From assembly GCA_951406725.2 (NCBI GenBank), contig OX597834.1, positions 12,338,001-12,402,000 on the forward strand: 64,000 nucleotides of DNA, read 5' to 3'. This DNA is from Octopus vulgaris (lineage: Eukaryota). Shown piece after piece: positions 26,010-40,318 of the stretch. Made by a program: the position numbers and the translations under genes. Each line of letters begins with the position of its first letter. Within the stretch, counting starts at the first letter, position 1. The notes below the pieces were generated by a model. That model searched no databases. It was not told where the DNA came from and saw nothing but the letters and a program-made list of their open reading frames with translations.

Positions 26010-26620
26010 GTGTTTGTGTGTGGCTGAGCATGTGTGTTTGTTTGGCTGTATGTGTGTGTGTTTGTGTGTTTCTTTGGCTGTGTGTGTGTGTGTGTGTTTT
26101 TTTTTGTGTCTGAGTATGTGTGTGTTTGTATCTGAATGTGTGTTTATGTCTGAGCATGTGTGTTTGTGTGTCTGTGTGTGTTTTTGTGTCTGAGTATGTG
26201 TGTGTTTGTATCTGAGTGTGTGTTTATGTCTGAGCATGTGTGTGTTTGTGTGTCTGTGTGTGTTTTTGTGTCTGAGTATGTGTGTGTTTGTATCTGAGTG
26301 TGTGTTTATGTCTGAGCATGTGTGTGTTTGTGTGTCTGTGTGTGTTTCTGTGTCTGAGTATGTGTGTGTTTGTATCTGAGTGCGTGTTTATGTCTGAGCA
26401 TGTGTGTGTTTGTGTGTGTGTGTGTTTGCGTGCATGTTTATGCCTGAGTATGTGTGTGTTGCTGTCTGTGTATGTGTGTTTGTGTCTGAGTATGTGTGTG
26501 TGTGTTTGGCTGTATGCGTGTGTTTGTGTTTGTTTGTGTTTGAGCATGTGTGTTTGATCGGCTGTGTGTGTGTGTTTGTGTACGCGTTTGTGTCTGAGCA
26601 TGTGTGTTTGTTTGGCTGTA
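26010..26620. repeat. ~76-78-bp TG-rich minisatellite within a larger (TG)n field that extends to ~27295
   Basis: Unit ...gtgtctgagtatgtgtgtgtttgtatctgagtgtgtgtttatgtctgagcatgtg... repeated at least 4 times. Confidence 0.9.
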
Positions 26621-27255
26621 TGTATATGTGTGTGTTTGTTTGTATCTTAGTATGTGTTTTGTTCGGTTGTATGTGTGTGCTTGTGTGTGTGTGTGTGTGT
26701 GTGTGAGTATGTGTTTTTTCGCTGTATATTTGTGTGTTAGTGTGATTGTGTGCGCGCTGGTATGTGTGTGTTTACGTGTGTTTAAGCGTTAGAATGTGTT
26801 TGTGTTTCTATGTGTGTGAGTGGGGAAGCGTGTATCTGTTTTGAGTGTGTGTGCTTGTGTATGTATTTGTTTAGCCCATGTGTATGTGTGTTTGCGTATG
26901 TATGTGTGTGTTTGCGTATGTATGTGTCCGTCTATGCATGTATGTATGATTGTATGCACGTGCGAGTGTGTGCTTGTGTATTTATGCGTGTGTGTGTGTA
27001 CGTATGCTGTGTGTGTGTGTGTGTGTGTGTGGGCTCGCGTGTGTGTGTGTTTCTGTGTGTGCTTGCGAGTGTGTATGTGTGTGTGCCTGTACGCGTGTTT
27101 ACCTGCGTGTGCGAGTGTATCCGTTAGTGTGTGTATCTGTCAGTGTCCATGTGTGTGTGTGTATGTGTGCGTATGTTTGTGTACACGTTTGTCAGCATGC
27201 GTGCGTACGAGTATACGCTTGTGCGTATGCGTCTGTACATGTACGTGTGTGCGTT

Positions 27256-27296
<41 letters not shown>

Positions 27297-28045
27297 TCTT
27301 GTCTATCACATTGATCTCGGCAATCCATTCACAGCAGCCAAGGCACAACTGTTCCGATAATAATTCTCTCGCTGAACACTTTCAGCTTATTGCAGCTTAT
27401 GACGATGATGATGATGGCGATGATAACGATGATGCGGACAACGACTACGACGATGATGATGTTGTTGTTGGTGGTGGTGGTCGGGGTGAAGGGTAGATGT
27501 GCTGACGACGGCGATAGCGCAGCGACGGCGTCGTGGAGGCGCCAGCGGCGAAGGTGTGGCTCGTAGTCGTGGTTGACAATAAGATGATGCTGACCACGAT
27601 GACGCAACGACGAGAAGAGAAGTGATGAGGATCTTATTGGTGATGAAGATGATGAGGAGGTGGAGGAGGATGATGACAATGAACACAATGACGATGATGA
27701 TTCTAGTGGTGGTGGGTGTTGATGATGGGAATGGGGGTGGCTGCAGTAGTGGTGGTGCCGGCGCTGACGACGGTGGCGAAGGCGGAAGTGGTGATGTTGT
27801 TGGTGGTGGTGGTGAGGTTGATTATAGTGAGTAATGTCATGACGATGATGACGAAGGCAGTAGTAGTAGTTGTAGTAGTAGAAGTAGTATCAATAATGAT
27901 AATCAAAGCCGTTTCTTATTCTGCATGGAAGCTTCAGCCTTCAAAATTTACACTGAACACAATGCACGTTCGATTCCATTCCGGCGCAATCTCAATAACA
28001 CTCCATTTCTCTCTCTCTCGCTCTACCTCTCTTTGTGTATGTATG

Positions 28046-28099
<54 letters not shown>

Positions 28100-28163
28100 T
28101 GTGTTCATATATATATATATACATATAAATATATATATGTATGTAGTATAAATATATATATAG

Positions 28164-28194
<31 letters not shown>

Positions 28195-28448
28195 GTATAT
28201 AAGTATATATATTATGTATATAAGTATATATGCATATACATACATATATATATACATATATGTAATATATATATATATATATATATTATGTATATAAGTA
28301 TATATATTATGTGTATATATGCATATACATACATATATATACATATATGTAATATATATATATATACATATATATCTACATGCATATTTATATTTAAACA
28401 TGTACAAATGTATATATACATATATACATATATGTAATATATATGTAT

Positions 28449-28484
<36 letters not shown>

Positions 28485-29064
28485 CTACATGCATATTTAT
28501 ATTTAAACCTAGACAAATGTATATATACATAAATGTATATAAGAATATATATTAATGCTTACATACATAGAAGTGTGCGTGCGTGTGTTCGATATGTGTT
28601 TGTATGTGTGCCTGTGTCTGTGTGTTTGTGCGCGTCTGCGTGCTATTGCAAATTTCGGGTTGCATTATCCACAGATGATCGAACTGGCGTCGGTTTACGA
28701 ACCTCGACTGTTCCAGTTTATGTTAGATCAGCGGAACTACCTACTCGTTGACTGATAGAATGCATAGAAGTTAAATATTCAACAGATGCAAGTTTACTTA
28801 ATGTTCTCTCCCCCTATCTCAAGCAGAATCGATCATAGAATTCTGCGTGCGTCAAGGCTGAGTCTTTGAATTATGTCTTCAATCAAACCGACACGCTTGC
28901 CAGACTGGCTTCCGTCTACCCAAACTCACTCGCAAATTTTTAGGTCGGCCCAAAAGAAAGCGACTGTGAGACAGAATACCGCTTAGCGGAATCGAACTGA
29001 TATGTTTGAGTTTCTTAAGTGAAACTGTTTAATGTTCGACTACCTCTGCTTATAATTACATGCA

Positions 29065-29108
<44 letters not shown>

Positions 29109-29130
29109 ATGTATGTATGTATGTGTGTGC

Positions 29131-29207
<77 letters not shown>

Positions 29208-30068
29208 CAAATACGTGTCTTCACACCCACGCAGAATTGTATACTCTATCTAAAAGTATACAACAAAAATACATGTCTATGTATGATATATATATATTTG
29301 TAAGTATATATATATATATATATGTATATATGCGTGTATGCGTTTGTGTGTGTATGTATATATATGTGTGTGTGTATATATATATATATGGCTGTGTGTG
29401 TGTTGTGTGTATATATATATATATATATATAATCTTTCTAAATCTTAGGAAATTTTAAGTATGCTAGGCCACTGTTTTATATTGATATTAATTAATTAAT
29501 TAATATTAATTTTTAACCTCATTATTTAACTTACAAATATGTGTGTGTGTGTGTGTATTTTATTTTACTGCATTATATCTTTCAGCCATTTGACTGCGGC
29601 CATGCCACAGCACCGCCTTAAAGGGTTTTAGTCGAAGAAAGCGACCCCAGTCCTTTATTCAAAAAGCTTGTAATTATGCTATCGGCCTTATTTGCCGAAC
29701 TGCTCAGAAATAGGGACGTAAACACACTAACATCGGGAGGAACAAACACACACAAAAATACACACACATGCAGCTCTCTCTCTCGCTCTGTATGTATATA
29801 TATATATATATATATAGGACGGGATTCTTTCAGTTTCCATCTACGAAATCTACTCAGGATTTGGTCGTCCCGGGACTATAGTAGAAGATCACTAGCCTAA
29901 GGTGCCAAGCAGTGGGCTTGAACCCGGAACTATGTAGTTGGGAAGCAATCTTTTTACCACACAGCCGTAGCTGGGAAGAGATTTAGACATAGAGAGAGAT
30001 AGATGAAGAGAGAGAGAGATAGGGAGGTACATAGAAAGAGAAGGAAAGAGAGAGAAAACAGATAAATA

Positions 30069-30287
30069 CTGTAATTCCTCGCCATATCGCGGTTCACTTA
30101 TCGCGGTTTATTATTTAAGCTTACATGGATTCCTATGAGGTGTTGCTTTGCATTTATAATAAAATATATACAAAATATAAAAGTAATAAAAAAATATACA
30201 GTACAGTTCATTTTCTACTTCACGGATTTTCATTTATCACGGGTGTGTGGTTGGAATGTAACACTCGCGATAGTCGAGGGATTCTTA
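30069..30287. mobile_element. Tigger/pogo-like MITE
   Basis: TA|ctgtaattcctcgccatatcgcg ... cgcgatagtcgagggattctta|TA: imperfect TIRs with a TA target. Confidence 0.75.
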
Positions 30288-30334
30288 TACCTAAATTTGC
30301 ATAAACACGCGTAGACACACACACACACAAATTA

Positions 30335-30521
30335 TTCTTTCATTTGTTATAGTCATTTGACTGCGGCCACGCTGGTGCACCGCCTTTTAGTCGAAGAAAT
30401 CGACCCCGGGACTTAGTCTTTGTAAGCCTTGTACTTATTCTATCAGTCTCTTTTGCCGAACAGCTGAGTTACGGAACATAAGCACACCAACATGAGTTGT
30501 CGATCTATGGTGGGAGGGAAG

Positions 30522-30555
<34 letters not shown>

Positions 30556-30672
30556 GACAGGCTTCTTTCAGTTTCCGTCTACAAAATCCTCACACGGCTT
30601 TGGTCGGCGCCAGGTTATAGTAAAAGAAATTTGCCAAAGGTGCCACGCACTGGGATTGAACGAGGAACCATG
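30335..30672 (-). mobile_element. SINE family B (a decayed copy also lies at ~29560-29970)
   Basis: Matches the family B unit. Confidence 0.8.
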
Positions 30673-31446
30673 TGAACAGAATAAGTAAAACTGATAAAAA
30701 TTTTAATCGGCGTTGTGACTCAAAAGCCGAGAGTTTCGTGTAATGCCTTTTGCTGAGTGTAGCATATTCTTATGAATATATGATGAAATAATCTCGGTTA
30801 TTTTTTTATTAATTTATTTTTGTTATTCCTAAAGTTTGGCAGAAGCGGAAGGAAAAATTGGAAGGAAAAATATTGCAGTAAATTTGATACAAAAAATAGC
30901 TTGCATACTTGTCTGTTTATATATGTGTATATATGTCTGTATGTATGTCTGTTAATTCGAAATATATGCGTGTATATGCGTCATGTATATGTTTGTGTAT
31001 GTGTGTATGCGTGTACATTTCTCTCGCTCTCTTCTCTCTCTTTCTTCAATGTGTATGTGATGCTCATTTTGAATGCTAAGTATATATAGACGCAACTTTA
31101 TATTCTGCTCGCACACATACACACAAAGATAATGGACCACTTAATTACCAACTCATACTTACATTCATACACAGACGCACTCAAGCACATACGCACATAT
31201 ACATGTAAAATTATCTGTATATTTATGTGTGTCTGTGTGTGCTTCTGTGTGAGCGTGTATGTATGTGTATCTACACAGACTCACGCACACAGATAAATAA
31301 AGCTATGTGCAGTTGTCTCGAACGGTGAAAATTTTATCGCGGGTGGGATAAATCTAAGTTCTGTGTGTTGGCCTACCGGTCGTAAGACTGTAGTTTCGAT
31401 TCCCCAGAGTGCGGTGTGTTATCTTAAACAAGGCATTTCACCTAGT

Positions 31447-31492
<46 letters not shown>

Positions 31493-31494
31493 AA

Positions 31495-31630
31495 GGTGCA
31501 GGAGTGGTTGTGTGGTAAATAGCTTGCTTACAAACCACATGGCTCCGGGTTCAGTCCCACTGCATGGCACCTTCGGCAGGTTTATTCTACTATAGCTTTG
31601 GGCCGACCAATGGCTTGAGAGTGGATTTGA
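31495..31630 (+). mobile_element. SINE family B, 5' half only
   Basis: Head present; it ends at the microsatellite. Confidence 0.85.
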
Positions 31631-31636
31631 TATATA

Positions 31637-31674
<38 letters not shown>

Positions 31675-31675
31675 A

Positions 31676-32003
31676 GGTGCGTGGCTTAGTGGTTAGGAGC
31701 ATTCGTCTCATGATCGTAAGGTCATGAGTTCAATTCCCGGCAGTTCGTTGTGTCCTTGAGCAAGACACTTTATTTCACGTTGCTCCAGTCCACTCAGCTG
31801 GCAAAAATGAGTAGGACCTGTATTTCAAAAGGGCCAGCTTTATCACACTCTTTGTCACGCTGAATCTCCTCGAGAACCATGTTAAATATACACGTGTCTG
31901 TGGAGTGCTCAGCCACTTGCAAGTTAATTTCACGAGCAAAGCTGTTCCGTTGATCGATCGTATCAGCTGGGACCCTCGTCGTCGCAACCGACGTAGTGCT
32001 CCC
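31676..32003 (+). mobile_element. SINE family D (tRNA head, gtgtccttgagcaagacact core, tail type 2)
   Basis: tggcttagtggttagg...gagttcaattccc; the tail cctgtatttcaaa...accctcgtcgtcg is shared with 51149-51539. Confidence 0.85.
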
Positions 32004-32006
32004 ATA

Positions 32007-32040
<34 letters not shown>

Positions 32041-33047
32041 CACACACACACACATACATACATATCCGCGAATAATGTTTATGGAGTGAACTGCAACAGT
32101 ATGGCCTCACATTTAGCCAGTAGTTTTGTAATAGAGATGATGGAAATTTGTACGCTTAGTCAAGGATTATATTTCTCCGGTTCAATTAGTGAGTTGACCT
32201 GCGACGTTCCTTAAAAATAATTCTCTACGGGATCGTACCACAAAATTAGGGGCATACCATCAGTAGAACTAGTGAACGTCCTCCATTCACGGGTCATCGT
32301 TGTCGTTAGAGGTGCTTATACAGCAGGTAAACACGACTCCAACAGACCCCTAAGTAACAAAACGATTCTATCCACTGGTGCAGGAGTAGCTATGTGGCAA
32401 GAAAACTGCTTCTCAAGCATGAGGATCTGGGTTCAGACCCACTGACTGGCACCCTGGGCAAATGTCTTCTACTATAGCCTCGGGTCCACCAAAGCCTTGT
32501 GAGTGGGATTGGTCGATGGAAACTGAAAGGAACCCGTTATATATATATATATATACATACATGCAATCATGTATGTGTGTCTCTTTTGTGTGAGTTTGTC
32601 CTCATCATCACTTTGCGACCGGTGTTGGTGTGTTTACGACTCCGTAACCTAGCTGTTTAGCAAAAGCGAACTATACAATTAATAACCGCTTGAAAGGAAA
32701 TAAAAGCACAAGTGTCGATTGATTTGACTAGAATTCCTCAAGGGGGTGCCCCAGCGTGACCGCAGTGTAATAACAAAAACAAATAAAAAAGGTGCCCATC
32801 CAGTACTTTTTTTAAAATCTGCATTATCAAATGTCCCCTTTTCTCTTTGATTTTAATGGATATTAGGCTGTTACAGATAGGATGTTACATGCTCCTGGGG
32901 TTTTTTCATACCTTCATATTCTAAAGACTGGGTACTTGGTCACAGATTTATAACAGAGGAATGAAATATAGGGAATGAGATTAAGTGACATTCATGCCTA
33001 TCTCGGGAAAACTGCAACAACTTATAAGAAAAGATAACATTGAGAAT

Positions 33048-33445
33048 AGGCGCAGCAGTGGCTGTGTGGTAAGTAGCTTATTTTTTAAAAACCACATGGT
33101 TCCGGGTTCAGTCCCACTGCGTAGCACCTTGGGCAAGTGTCTTCTACTATAGCCACGGGTCGATCAATGCACTTGTGAGTGCATTTGGTAGATGGAAACT
33201 GAAAGAAGCCCGTCGTATATATGTATATATATGTATGTGCGTGTATGTTTGTGTGTCAGTGTTTGTCCCCCTAGCATTGCTTGACAACCGATGCTGGTGT
33301 GTTTATGTCCCCGTCACTTAGTGGTTCGGCAAAAGACACCGATAGAATAAGTAATGGGCTCACAAAAGTATAAGTCCCGGGATCGAGTTGCTCGATTAAA
33401 GACGGTGCTCCAGCATGGCCGCAGTCAAATGACTGAAACAAGTAA
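33048..33445 (+). mobile_element. SINE family B, full length (older copy at ~32377-32790)
   Basis: Matches the family B unit. Confidence 0.9.
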
Positions 33446-33625
33446 AAAAAAAAAAGAAAACAAAAGGAATCGAAGTTGTACGCTGGCACCAATATTATCT
33501 TAATACAACTGCACCCCATGCAACAGGAATGAGGAGCCCTCTACGCAATATGCAATTTGCGAGAAATAGCAGCTAATTCTCCATGAGTGACATAAGGATA
33601 TCTCAAATATAATAGAATAAATATA

Positions 33626-33856
33626 TATTTCTTTACTACTCATAAGAAGCTAAACAGAGGGGACAAACAAGGACAGACATAGGTATTAAGTCGATTACAT
33701 CGGCCCCAGTGCGTAACTGGTACTTTATTTATCGACCCCGAAAGGATGAAAGGCAAAGTTGACCTCAGCGGAATTTGAACTCAGAACGTAACGGCAGACG
33801 AAATACGGCTACGCATTTCGCCCGGCGTGCTAACGTTTCTGCCAGCTTGCCGCCTT
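33626..33856 (-). mobile_element. SINE family A, full length, with TSD
   Basis: Flanked on both sides by tataatagaataaatata. Confidence 0.92.
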
Positions 33857-34339
33857 ATAATAGAATAAATATAATCCCCGATGTTTATTTAGTAAGTTGG
33901 GGTGGCCAAGGATGGAACATCTGTTAATTGTACTTCTGGTTAATTGTAGTTAATTATAGTTCTGATCAGTCGAGGTAAGTGGTAAGAAAAACAGCATCAG
34001 CTCGGAAAATGTTCCTTTGTAGGCGAGGTATAAGTGGGATGTTGTGATGTTCATAGTATTCTCCGGAGAAAATGTTTGATATGAGGAAAGGTTTCTGTGC
34101 GCATGTGTATGTGTGCGTCTGTATGTGTGCATATATGTGAGTGTGTGTCTTTCTCTCTTCTCTTCCCTCTTTCCTCACAGAGATGTTAGTCAACGATAGA
34201 TAAGGGGGAAAATCTGATTTACATAGATTTGCATAAAAGTTTATTCATTATTTATGTTAGAAAAATACACACACACACACACACGCGTAAGCGGCCACAC
34301 ACACGCAGACATACACATATGCACACACACACGTATACA

Positions 34340-34550
34340 TACACACTCGCAGATACACACACACACACACATTCGCAGACACACTCGCAGACACACACCA
34401 ACACACACACTCGCAGACACACACCAACACACACACTCGCAGACACACACCAACACACACACTCGCAGACACACACGAACACACACACTAGCAGACACAC
34501 ACGAACACACACACCAAAACACACCAACACACACACTAGCAGACACACAC

Positions 34551-34597
<47 letters not shown>

Positions 34598-34600
34598 ACG
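34340..34600. repeat. ~24-bp CA-rich minisatellite (ctcgcagacacacaccaacacaca)n
   Basis: Direct observation. Confidence 0.9.
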
Positions 34601-34826
34601 GACGTGGTATATCTGTTCAGTTTACGTTTCCGCAAGAGGCACAGCAGGAGTGTCGTGAGTTTATGAATTTGTAGGAATGCTTATACGTGTGTGTATGGTT
34701 ATATATATATGTATAGGCATGCGTGTGTGGGCGTATGTGTGTACATGTATGCCTGTGTATATTATGTGTATTTATGTCTTGTTAAAATATGTGTGTGTGT
34801 GTGTGTGTGTGCGTGCGTGCGCTTGC

Positions 34827-34889
<63 letters not shown>

Positions 34890-34972
34890 AGTGTATGTGT
34901 ATGGATTATATGTATATATCTGTTTATATATCTGTGTGTGTGTGTGTGTGTGTGCGTGCGTTTGCATGTGTG

Positions 34973-35005
<33 letters not shown>

Positions 35006-35135
35006 CAGTTTATATATGTGTGTGTGCGTGCGCGTGTATATATATTATATGTATATATATGTCTGTTTATATATATATGCTTGTGTGTCTGTGTGCACGT
35101 GAGTGTTTGTGTGCGTGTGTGTGTATGTATGTATG

Positions 35136-35166
<31 letters not shown>

Positions 35167-35889
35167 GTCTGTTTATATGTGTGTGTGTGTGTGTACGCGC
35201 GTGTGTATGAGAATGTGTGCTTCTGTGTATACATTTATGTATGTATGTGTATATATGTGTGTATGTGCGTATCTATCTGCCTAATGTGTTTCTCTGCCTT
35301 TTATCCTTGTGTATGTGTGTGCGTGCTTCTTATAAGAACGAGAAATGCTAAAGTTTGCCGTTTAGCAGTAGCAGTAAGAGAACATTGAATGAAGTCTGCT
35401 GTCGCAACGGGCTGACGAGAGAACCACTACCTATGATCTGGATGTGCTAGAAATAGCAACCATATACCACCTCAAACATCACTGATCGATGACCAATAAA
35501 AAAAAAAATCCTAGTTTTATTGTACTTTCTTATTTACACCAACGCGGTAAAATAACAAAACCATAAATCGTTGAATGGTCACGGTTGGGAGATATCTTCA
35601 TCGGTTGGTTTAATCCTTCACCCGGTTGAACAATATTACCTGAGCTATATCTTGATTTGCGGACACAACTGGGTTTCAAGCTTTCGATTTACGTCTGAAG
35701 TTTAGAGATCCTTTTTTTTTTCTCTGTCTCTCTTTCCTGTCTCCACCTGTCTTTTAAAGGACCATGAGCACTGTTTAATCCCTCTTGGTATTAGTGTTCG
35801 CCTTTCGTGTGTTATGTGCCCTAGGGTTCATAATATCGGGGTTTTATCCAGTTTCTATAATGCATAAGTAGCTGATAGTAGAGCAATCA

Positions 35890-36086
35890 GCCCTGGATAG
35901 GACGCCTGTCCGTCTTCAGGTTAACTTCCCAGTTACAGCTGGAACGTATTTGACAGCTGAGCGGAGTAAAACAACGGTTAAATGAAATGCTTTATCTCAA
36001 GAACAAAACGCAGGATCGGGTCCGGGAATTGAAACTCCGATCGGAGACTCTTGGGTGTAACATCCTACTCACTTGGCCACGCGCCT
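35890..36086 (-). mobile_element. Old tRNA SINE with a V-domain-like segment
   Basis: Minus strand: ggcgcgtggccaagtg...gtttcaattccc...cctgaagacggacaggcgtcctatccaggg. Confidence 0.6.
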
Positions 36087-36109
36087 TCAAGCTGAAAGCT
36101 AATATTGAT

Positions 36110-36415
36110 TGCAATTTTTGGCACAAGGCCTGCAATTTCGAATGAATGGGTAAATCGATTACATCGATCCCTGAGTTCAACTGCTACTTATTTTATCGAT
36201 CTTGAGTAGATAAAAGGCCAGTCAACCGCAGCGGAATTTGAACCCACTACATACTAACAGACGAAATGCCGATAAGTATTTTGGCTGGCGTGCTAACGTT
36301 TCTACCAGCTCGCCGCCTTATACTAAATGATAGAAAAAAGCACTTGTTTAAAACTGTGCAGGGCTAAGCCACAAATACTGTTGTAGTATACTGAAAGAAG
36401 CCTGTCGTATATATG

Positions 36416-36464
<49 letters not shown>

Positions 36465-36672
36465 GTATGTATGCGTGTGTTTGTCTCCCTAGCATTGCTT
36501 GACAACCGATGCTGGTGTGTTTTACGGCTCCGTCACTTAGCGATTCGGCAAAAGAACGATAGAATAGGTACTAGGCTTACAAAGAATAAGTCCCGGTGTC
36601 GATTTGCTCGACTAAAGGCGGTGCTCCAGCATGGCCGCCGTCAAATGACTGAAACAAGTAAAAGAGTAAAAG
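36110..36672. mobile_element. SINE A (-) at 36110-36318 and SINE B 3' half (+) at 36390-36672
   Basis: Match the family units. Confidence 0.85.
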
Positions 36673-37497
36673 AGAGAGAGTAGTAATAACACTACTATTG
36701 ATAGCTGAGAATTATTATACATAGACCTATACATGCATATCTGTGCACAGCTGAGTGCAAATGCACACACATCGAGGGTGCAAAGTCCTCTCCTCGCGTC
36801 CCGTTTAGAAAGTTACGTCTACCATGTTAAGACGAAAGCCTAAAAGCTGTCGTTCTCTTTGTTATACAAAGCAATAAAAGATCTCCCTAAAATCACACGA
36901 AATCATCTCATACTTCTTCCTTGTTCTCCTCTCTCATCTTTCCCCACCTTTTCTTTTTTCTTTTGCATATTTTGCTTTGTTTTTCGCAGGGGGCAGAAAA
37001 TATACATTAAGTTTGACTACCACGTTTCGTACAATTCGATGATAAATCTTAAAAATCGGGACCCACCAGTGGTTAGATGACGACCACAGCAATAACGACA
37101 GCAACAACAACAAATACAACAACAGCATCAATAACACCAGTAATTATGAACCAAACAGGCAGCCATTACGTTCTCAATTGATCTGCTAGAAATAGCAGAC
37201 AACAACCAATAAATCACTGCCCCTCGTTTCAAAAGTAACATCTAACATTTGACAGAAGAAAAATTGACATTTGAAAGCTTTTATAAAACAGACAGTGTGG
37301 TCGCAGTTAGAATATTTTTCATTATATACTTTTCTCATGGAGGTCTGATTTGCCTTTATATATATATACACAGATATATATATATATATACATATATAAA
37401 CAAGAATGACGCGGAAGGGATAGCGTTTTTCAAAAAACAAAAAAAATATATATAAGACGTAGACACAATGTGTGTGCCTCTGTGCGAATGAATGAAT

Positions 37498-37541
37498 GTA
37501 CACACACACACACATATATATATATACACACAAACATCTAT

Positions 37542-37574
<33 letters not shown>

Positions 37575-38032
37575 CACAAACATCTATACACACATACACA
37601 TATATATATACACACAAACATCTATACACACACACACTCACACAAACATCTATACACACACACACATATATATATATATACACACACAAACATCTATACA
37701 CACATACACATATATATATACACACAAACATCACACACACATATATATATATATATACACACACAAACATCTATACACACATACACATATATATATACAC
37801 ACAAACATCTATACACACACACACACACATATATATATATACACACAAACATCTATACACACACACACTCACACAAACATCTATACACACACACACACAC
37901 ATATATACACACACACACGCACATATATATATATATATATATATACACAAACATCTATACACACACACACTCACACAAACATCTATACACACACACACAT
38001 ATATATATATATTACACATACACACACAAACA
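37498..38032. repeat. Compound minisatellite with a constant cacaaacatctatacac anchor
   Basis: About 13 anchors separated by variable (CA)n(TA)n. Confidence 0.9.
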
Positions 38033-38112
38033 TTATATATACATCCTTAAGCGAAGTGAGTGTACGTCCGCCTGTGTGTATGAGAGTGAGACAGATGGAC
38101 TGAGCGATGCAA

Positions 38113-38163
<51 letters not shown>

Positions 38164-38461
38164 AAGGAAAAAGAGAGAGGGAGAGAGATGCGTGCATGTT
38201 TATGTGTGGTTCTAACAATTCCTGTAATGTGTGTCCTTTATATTTGACTTTCGGCCCATCTTTCAATTTTATATACTTATCTATGTATATATATATGTTT
38301 ATGTGGGTGTGTATGTGTATTTGAGTGTCTATAAAGTATGAATGTTGGTACGTCTATATGCATATATCTATATGTATGTATGCATACATGTAAGTATATA
38401 TGTATATATATATGTGTATATGTGTGTGTGTTTGTGTGTATCTAGAGGCATGTATGTATGT

Positions 38462-38754
<293 letters not shown>

Positions 38755-40071
38755 AATGAAATATATCAATCTACTCCCAAATATACAAAATTGGACGAAC
38801 AAATATAGGAAGGATAACAGAATTTAAATCACCAATCTTTAACGTTAAAATAATCTCAAAAATAAATAAATATAATACATTAAAATGTAATAAAAGTTAA
38901 GAAAAAATATTGCACATTTAACATTAAACATAGCAGTGACATTATGAACAAGAACAATATCTCTAATGATAATAGGAAAAATTAGTAAAGAATTAATGGT
39001 AATACTAACAATAAGGTATACGTTTCCTTACATTATTTTTTAACGCGGCTTTAAGCCAGCCTTAAGCCAGATGTTATAAGCGTATTATCCCAGGGACATA
39101 CTGCGTCGCTTGAAGCGGGCATGTAACGAACGTAGGACCTCGGAGCCAAGAGAATACGTATGCTATCCACGCGGCCATTCTGTATGAAATAACGATTTTC
39201 TTCGGAATGGCAGCGAAGCATTCTAATTGTATACGGCAGAGAAAGAAAGGGAGAGACAGACGGAATGAGAGAAACGGTAAATAGCTTATCGATGTAAAAG
39301 AGGAGAGAGCGAGCGGAATGTATTACGGTATAATAGTCCAGATGACGTGTTTCCGTGATGTTGTGACAGTCATGCTGTTCACAGCCAGGAAGATTTATTT
39401 CTTGCTATGTTGTTGTTGGGATTTTTTATTTTTTTAATTTTATTTTGGTATTTGATATTTTTTTGTTGTGTGTTTTTGTTGTTTATTTTGTTTGTTTTTG
39501 GTTCTGTTGCAGCTACTGAGAATTTTCGGTTGCGTTAGCGCTGTTCGTGTTAGTGACTTCTATAGCAGTTTAGCAACAGGAGGCCCGGATCGGAACTTGC
39601 AGAGCCCCTCGTCAAGGGAACAACAACAACAACAATAACAACAACAATAACAACAACCACAATCACAAGACGAAATAGCGTCTATGTGGTTATTCACCCA
39701 GCTAGAAAAAGCAGTCAAATTTCCAAAAATAGCACAACAGCATTCAGGAAAATAGCACAGCTCCTATAGATAATAAAAAATCTAGCCTAAGCCATACAGT
39801 TATGGTTGGATTGGCTTTGAGTATATAGGTCCGTTCGGAAAGGGGCTTAGGCCGGGACTAACCAACAACGCCGCTGATTATGACGATGACGACGACGAGA
39901 ACGGCAGTTAGTCAACGACTGAATATCTATGTGGTGGTTTGATCTGCTGGAAATAGCAGCCAAGCTTTCTTCCCCACTCCCCTTCTCTCGCTTTGTCTCA
40001 TACATGTCTCTCCACCCTCAACTCTCTCTCTGAGACCAAACCGTACTTACTTAAAAAAGACCGGACATATA

Positions 40072-40246
40072 GGCGTAGGAGTGGTTGTGTGGTAAGTAGT
40101 TTGCTTACGAACCACATGGTTCCGGGTTCAGTCCCACTGCGTGGCACCTAGGGCAAGTGTCTTCTACTATAGCCTCGGGCCGACCAAAGCCTTGTGAGTG
40201 GATTTAGTAGACGGAAACTGAAAGAAGCTCGTCGTATGTATGTATG

Positions 40247-40318
<72 letters not shown>

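Noticed and set aside
33950-33980. Strong donor gag|gtaagt suggesting a microexon
   Set aside because: No convincing polypyrimidine tract upstream; expected by chance in 64 kb.
37498-38032. Constant anchor plus variable spacer array resembling CRISPR
   Set aside because: The spacers are only (CA)n(TA)n slippage products, the context is eukaryotic and there are no cas genes.
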